A stretch of DNA of 64,000 nucleotides, from positions 34,673 to 98,672 of the forward strand of contig JASFQB010000003.1 in NCBI GenBank assembly GCA_050115675.1, in the 5' to 3' direction. Shown here piece by piece: positions 60,841-64,000 of the stretch (its first letter is position 1; every line of letters starts with the position of its first letter). This stretch comes from Candidatus Woesebacteria bacterium (GTDB lineage Bacteria > Patescibacteriota > Saccharimonadia > Saccharimonadales > EFPC-124). Position numbers and translations under genes: made by a program. Under the pieces are notes generated by a model, which worked only from the letters and a program-made list of their open reading frames with translations, searched no databases and was not told where the DNA came from.

Positions 60841-61517
60841 TATTGGATATATCCCTTTTCTTGCATAAAAGATACTAGGCTGGGTGGCAGACCAGCGGTA
60901 GTTGAGCCGTCAAAGTTGGTTCCCGGTCCCATTATAACAGTGTATTTGTCGTCGTTTTTTTCTACTACCACTAAGGCATTGTCTGTTGTGTTTGGTGGCT
61001 GTTTCGCAATAACATATGCAATATAGCTTCCATAGTCTAAAACTTTTGTTTCTACAATATCTACATTTAGCGCCTGGTTAAAGTCCATAATGCTGGTTGT
61101 TCCTGTTGTTAGGGCGGCTTGCAGTAGTATATCGCTTAACTCGTTTGGCGCAATTGTAGTGTCTGGAGCTTGGTAATTGTTGATTATTTGAGCATTTAGC
61201 GATGTATCGGTGCCAGTTGGATTTGCAGTTAGCTCAATGGTAAAGACTTGCTGAGTTTGCTGCTTGGGGTCTAAGGTCCAGCTTGCTGGGTAATAGCCCT
61301 CTTTTTCTACCTCAATTGTGGTTGCATCTGCAAAAGGTATGCTCATGCCATCTGTAAAGGCGGTTTCGGTGCCATTAACTTTTATAGTTGTTAAGTCGTC
61401 AACATTGCTGTACAGAGTTAGCTTTGGCTGCATGGCAAAGTAAACCGACACGCCAACACCAATTAATGTAAGTATGCCAATAATTATTGCTATAGTTCGC
61501 CATTTGTTGTTAATCAT
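60840..61517 (-). CDS. N-terminally anchored protein with PEGA-like beta domain
   Basis: 225 aa. TM helix TIAIIIGILTLIGVGVSVYFA, then KVNGTETAFTDGMSIPF...VEKEGYYP. Confidence 0.6.
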   Translation of the reverse strand: MINNKWRTIAIIIGILTLIGVGVSVYFAMQPKLTLYSNVDDLTTIKVNGTETAFTDGMSIPFADATTIEVEKEGYYPASWTLDPKQQTQQVFTIELTANPTGTDTSLNAQIINNYQAPDTTIAPNELSDILLQAALTTGTTSIMDFNQALNVDIVETKVLDYGSYIAYVIAKQPPNTTDNALVVVEKNDDKYTVIMGPGTNFDGSTTAGLPPSLVSFMQEKGYIQ

Positions 61518-64000
61518 TTTTTGGTCCTATGTATCTGTATGCATTTGTACCCGAGTATGATCTTGTACTTTGCAATATTTGGTTTGCTATTTCACCTTTG
61601 CCGGTGCTGGCGTGGAATATATCAAATTTTTTTGCGTCTGTGTGATTTTCTACAATTATTCCCGTGTGATCCATGCTGGTGGTTGTGAATAGATCTCCAG
61701 GTTTTGCTTCTTCAAGTGATATCTTTTGAAAATACTTGGTTTGAGGGAACATTGTGGCCACAGATCCCGGAATATCTACTTTAAACGCGTCCCAAATAGA
61801 CATGCGCACAAGGCTGCTGCAGTCTAAAATTTTACTTTCGTTAGGTATGAACTCTCCTGAAGCAAACCTTTCTGCAAACCCTGCCGCTGTCCCGCCATGT
61901 CCGGCTCCCCATTCATACCCATACGCATCATACTTCAACGCCTCACACAAAATCTTAATATTATCCCCAGCTGGGATGGAGCCGTTGCAGGCTTCGATGC
62001 TTAGTGTAGAACCAGTTGTTGTTGATGCATAACTTGTTGGTGCGCCAAGTGTGCCGTTTGCGCTGTCGTCCATGCCGTCTAAAATGTTTGTATCGGCGTA
62101 AAACATGCCAAACATGGTTGTTTGCGTATCTGTTTTAACACATATTCTTGTGTCTACCGAATCGTCGGTTACTTCTACTCCTCCCCCATCGGGCGTAATT
62201 GGAGTTGTGCCTTCTACGCAAGAGGCAAGATATTTTTTATAATCATCACTTTTTGGACTACCGTCAGATTCGTTTACATGACCGTTGTCTACCATGTAAT
62301 CAACCACAGCTTCTGGAGTGTATTCTGCGCTTGTTGTTGTGTTGTCGTCGCGGCCGTAAACAGGGTTGCAGTATGCATCTGTTAAAATTCCCATGCTTCG
62401 CAGGTCTTCGTCTACGCAATATTCGCCGCCGTATGATGTACTAAGTGCGCCAACCTTTTTGTTAAACAATTGGTTGATAGAATTGCCAATCATTTGCAAT
62501 GGAGCAACAGCCAATGATGATAAATCCTGATAGGTTGATTGAGAGGTTGGCGCGCTTACGTATGGTGCGGCGGCTATTGCAAGCTTGCTTGTAATAGAGT
62601 CTGCAGAATCAAGCGAGAAAGGACTTTTGTCTACATGGTCTGCTTCTTTTATTTTTGCCATTTCTGCATTTGTTTCGTTAATAACTGCAATGGCTTCTTC
62701 GGTTTTTAGTGGTCTCATTCCGCCTTTTCCAAGTTCCGCCGCCATGCCGCCAAGCCCAGCTGCAATGGCCTCGCCTGCTACGTATCCCCCACCTGGGTCA
62801 TTTGGATCTGGCGCAACGGTGCCGGCAACGTATTGTATTAGTAAAGGAATAGCATAAGCTTGTAAAACGGCAATAATTGCGCTGAGTCCTACGCCAACGG
62901 CAATGCCCAACCATGCATTGCCTGATCCACTTAGTACTGTTAGTGTTAACCCGCCAAGAGCAAGACCAACTTGAGCTGGCCAGCTTTTAATTTTAGAGCA
63001 AGTGGCCTTGTTGGCGCCTACGTTTTCTAATGCGTCTTTTGCGGTACTTACAGCTTTTAGCGCGGCCGTGCCTATTACGCCGTACGCTAGTCCTGATCTG
63101 CTGCTAACTTTACCCTGAGTTATTAAGCTGTATAAGTTTGAATTTGCTGCAGTTTTGCCCTTTGACCCAGAAAGAGTACTTGGCGTAACTAAAATTCCGG
63201 CTACCAGTGCAATTTGCTCGGGCGATATATCTCCTGCTTTTATGGCGTCTGCGTGCGTCATAAATATCATAGAGTACTGAATTAACGCCTGGTATTTAAG
63301 GACTTTTGCCCCAAATTCAACCGTGCGCAATATTTGATAGCCACTACAAGCGCGGTCGATTGTGTTAAAAACACCCAAAACGGCACCTTTAAGTCCACCA
63401 CTGACCGCACCTTTGGCTGCTGCTTCTGTGGCGGCGGTTGAGTCGAGACTGCTAACGTCGATAGATACACTGGGTGCTTTTTCGTAATCGTTGGCGGCCA
63501 GTTCTTCTGTAATTTCGCGCGCAGCTTTATCTATACTGTCGTCAACTTCGCTTGCGGCTTTAGACGCGTCAGATTCTGCGTCGTCCGCATCTGTGCTTGG
63601 TTTTGTTCTAACGTCTTTTCGCCCCCCTCCGTATACGTATTTTCTAAAATCTTTTGCTTTCGAAAACAGCTTATTGCGGGCAATTCTAAAAACGTTAAAC
63701 TTATTTACGGCATGTTGAGCTCGCCACACCAAGGCCTGCGGCTTAGAGATTACCCATGCTTGGCTTCTAAACTTGGCGCTTTGGTCGTAAACAGTACCAA
63801 AGTTGGACTTATCTATTTTTATGGGCTTTCCATCATCGCCAGTGGTGGTAAACGATTTTATGTATTTCTTGCCGTTTTCTTCGCCAACCTCTGGGCTAAG
63901 CCCGGCTTTTTTATATTTTTCAATCTCTTTGTCGCTAATTCCCTTTTTTAGGCGGCATTTTATGCTAATTGTTCCACAAGCCTCTGGCTTGTTAAAGATT
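61510..64000 (-). CDS. Large membrane-associated protein with C-terminal NlpC/P60 cysteine peptidase domain (5' end beyond window or start uncertain)
   Basis: C-terminal ILDCSSLV...GDLF...DHTGIIV...FHAS. Central Gly/Ala-rich hydrophobic helices. My translation shows the frame stays open from the listed TTG (63732) to position 64000 (…GISDKEIEKYKKAGLSPEVGEENGKKYIKSF…QALVWRAQH). Confidence 0.75.
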   Translation of the reverse strand, partial: IFNKPEACGTISIKCRLKKGISDKEIEKYKKAGLSPEVGEENGKKYIKSFTTTGDDGKPIKIDKSNFGTVYDQSAKFRSQAWVISKPQALVWRAQHAVNKFNVFRIARNKLFSKAKDFRKYVYGGGRKDVRTKPSTDADDAESDASKAASEVDDSIDKAAREITEELAANDYEKAPSVSIDVSSLDSTAATEAAAKGAVSGGLKGAVLGVFNTIDRACSGYQILRTVEFGAKVLKYQALIQYSMIFMTHADAIKAGDISPEQIALVAGILVTPSTLSGSKGKTAANSNLYSLITQGKVSSRSGLAYGVIGTAALKAVSTAKDALENVGANKATCSKIKSWPAQVGLALGGLTLTVLSGSGNAWLGIAVGVGLSAIIAVLQAYAIPLLIQYVAGTVAPDPNDPGGGYVAGEAIAAGLGGMAAELGKGGMRPLKTEEAIAVINETNAEMAKIKEADHVDKSPFSLDSADSITSKLAIAAAPYVSAPTSQSTYQDLSSLAVAPLQMIGNSINQLFNKKVGALSTSYGGEYCVDEDLRSMGILTDAYCNPVYGRDDNTTTSAEYTPEAVVDYMVDNGHVNESDGSPKSDDYKKYLASCVEGTTPITPDGGGVEVTDDSVDTRICVKTDTQTTMFGMFYADTNILDGMDDSANGTLGAPTSYASTTTGSTLSIEACNGSIPAGDNIKILCEALKYDAYGYEWGAGHGGTAAGFAERFASGEFIPNESKILDCSSLVRMSIWDAFKVDIPGSVATMFPQTKYFQKISLEEAKPGDLFTTTSMDHTGIIVENHTDAKKFDIFHASTGKGEIANQILQSTRSYSGTNAYRYIGPKND

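Noticed and set aside
1-64000. CRISPR arrays, rRNA genes, transposases/IS elements and long DNA-level repeats
   Set aside because: I saw no regularly spaced direct repeats, no rRNA-like conserved segments, and no DDE, serine or tyrosine recombinase motifs in any listed ORF. I scanned by eye only, so short or degenerate elements could have been missed.

Overview
The window appears to cover the replication-origin region of a small, moderately low-GC bacterial genome. That identification rests on gene order alone: rpmH-rnpA, an inserted unit, then yidC-jag on the minus strand, followed by dnaA-dnaN-recF on the plus strand. The dnaA-dnaN spacer is rich in DnaA-box-like 9-mers.

Gene content and style fit a Patescibacteria/Saccharibacteria-like or other reduced monoderm organism. 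There are many N-terminally anchored orphan proteins, a LexA-DBD-only regulator, DUF378, and frequent TAATG stop/start overlaps. This taxonomic reading is an inference and I could not verify it.

About two thirds of the window (6.0-46.6 kb) is one very large cell-surface glycan region. It contains:
- a WbaP-type initiating phosphotransferase and an O-antigen-ligase/polymerase-like protein;
- about nine GT4 and three GT2 glycosyltransferases;
- two GtrA proteins and several very large polytopic (GT-C-like) membrane proteins, including a tandem paralogous pair;
- the Wzm/Wzt ABC exporter with a coiled-coil FkbM methyltransferase;
- pyruvyl- and methyl-transferases, and the nucleotide-sugar genes manC, galE, ugd and uxs (UDP-xylose).

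Short, visibly GC-richer units with no functional link to their neighbours are scattered through this background:
- a coiled-coil orphan next to tRNA-Asn (3.8-4.7 kb);
- a 126-aa orphan with an RHIM-like C-terminus (32.0-32.4 kb);
- a solitary DEAH/RHA helicase (43.2-45.4 kb);
- a CPBP/Abi intramembrane protease gene with an in-frame TGA that splits rnpA from yidC (48.4-49.5 kb);
- less clearly, a secreted anchor/lipase/lipoprotein trio after recF (54.6-58.2 kb).

The right end (58.2-64.0 kb) is a translationally coupled operon of envelope proteins carrying three different peptidoglycan-hydrolase signatures.

I found no rRNA, CRISPR array, transposase or integrase. All product calls come from motifs I could read in the translations. 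No database search, alignment or folding was run, and GC statements rest on hand counts of individual 60-nt lines.
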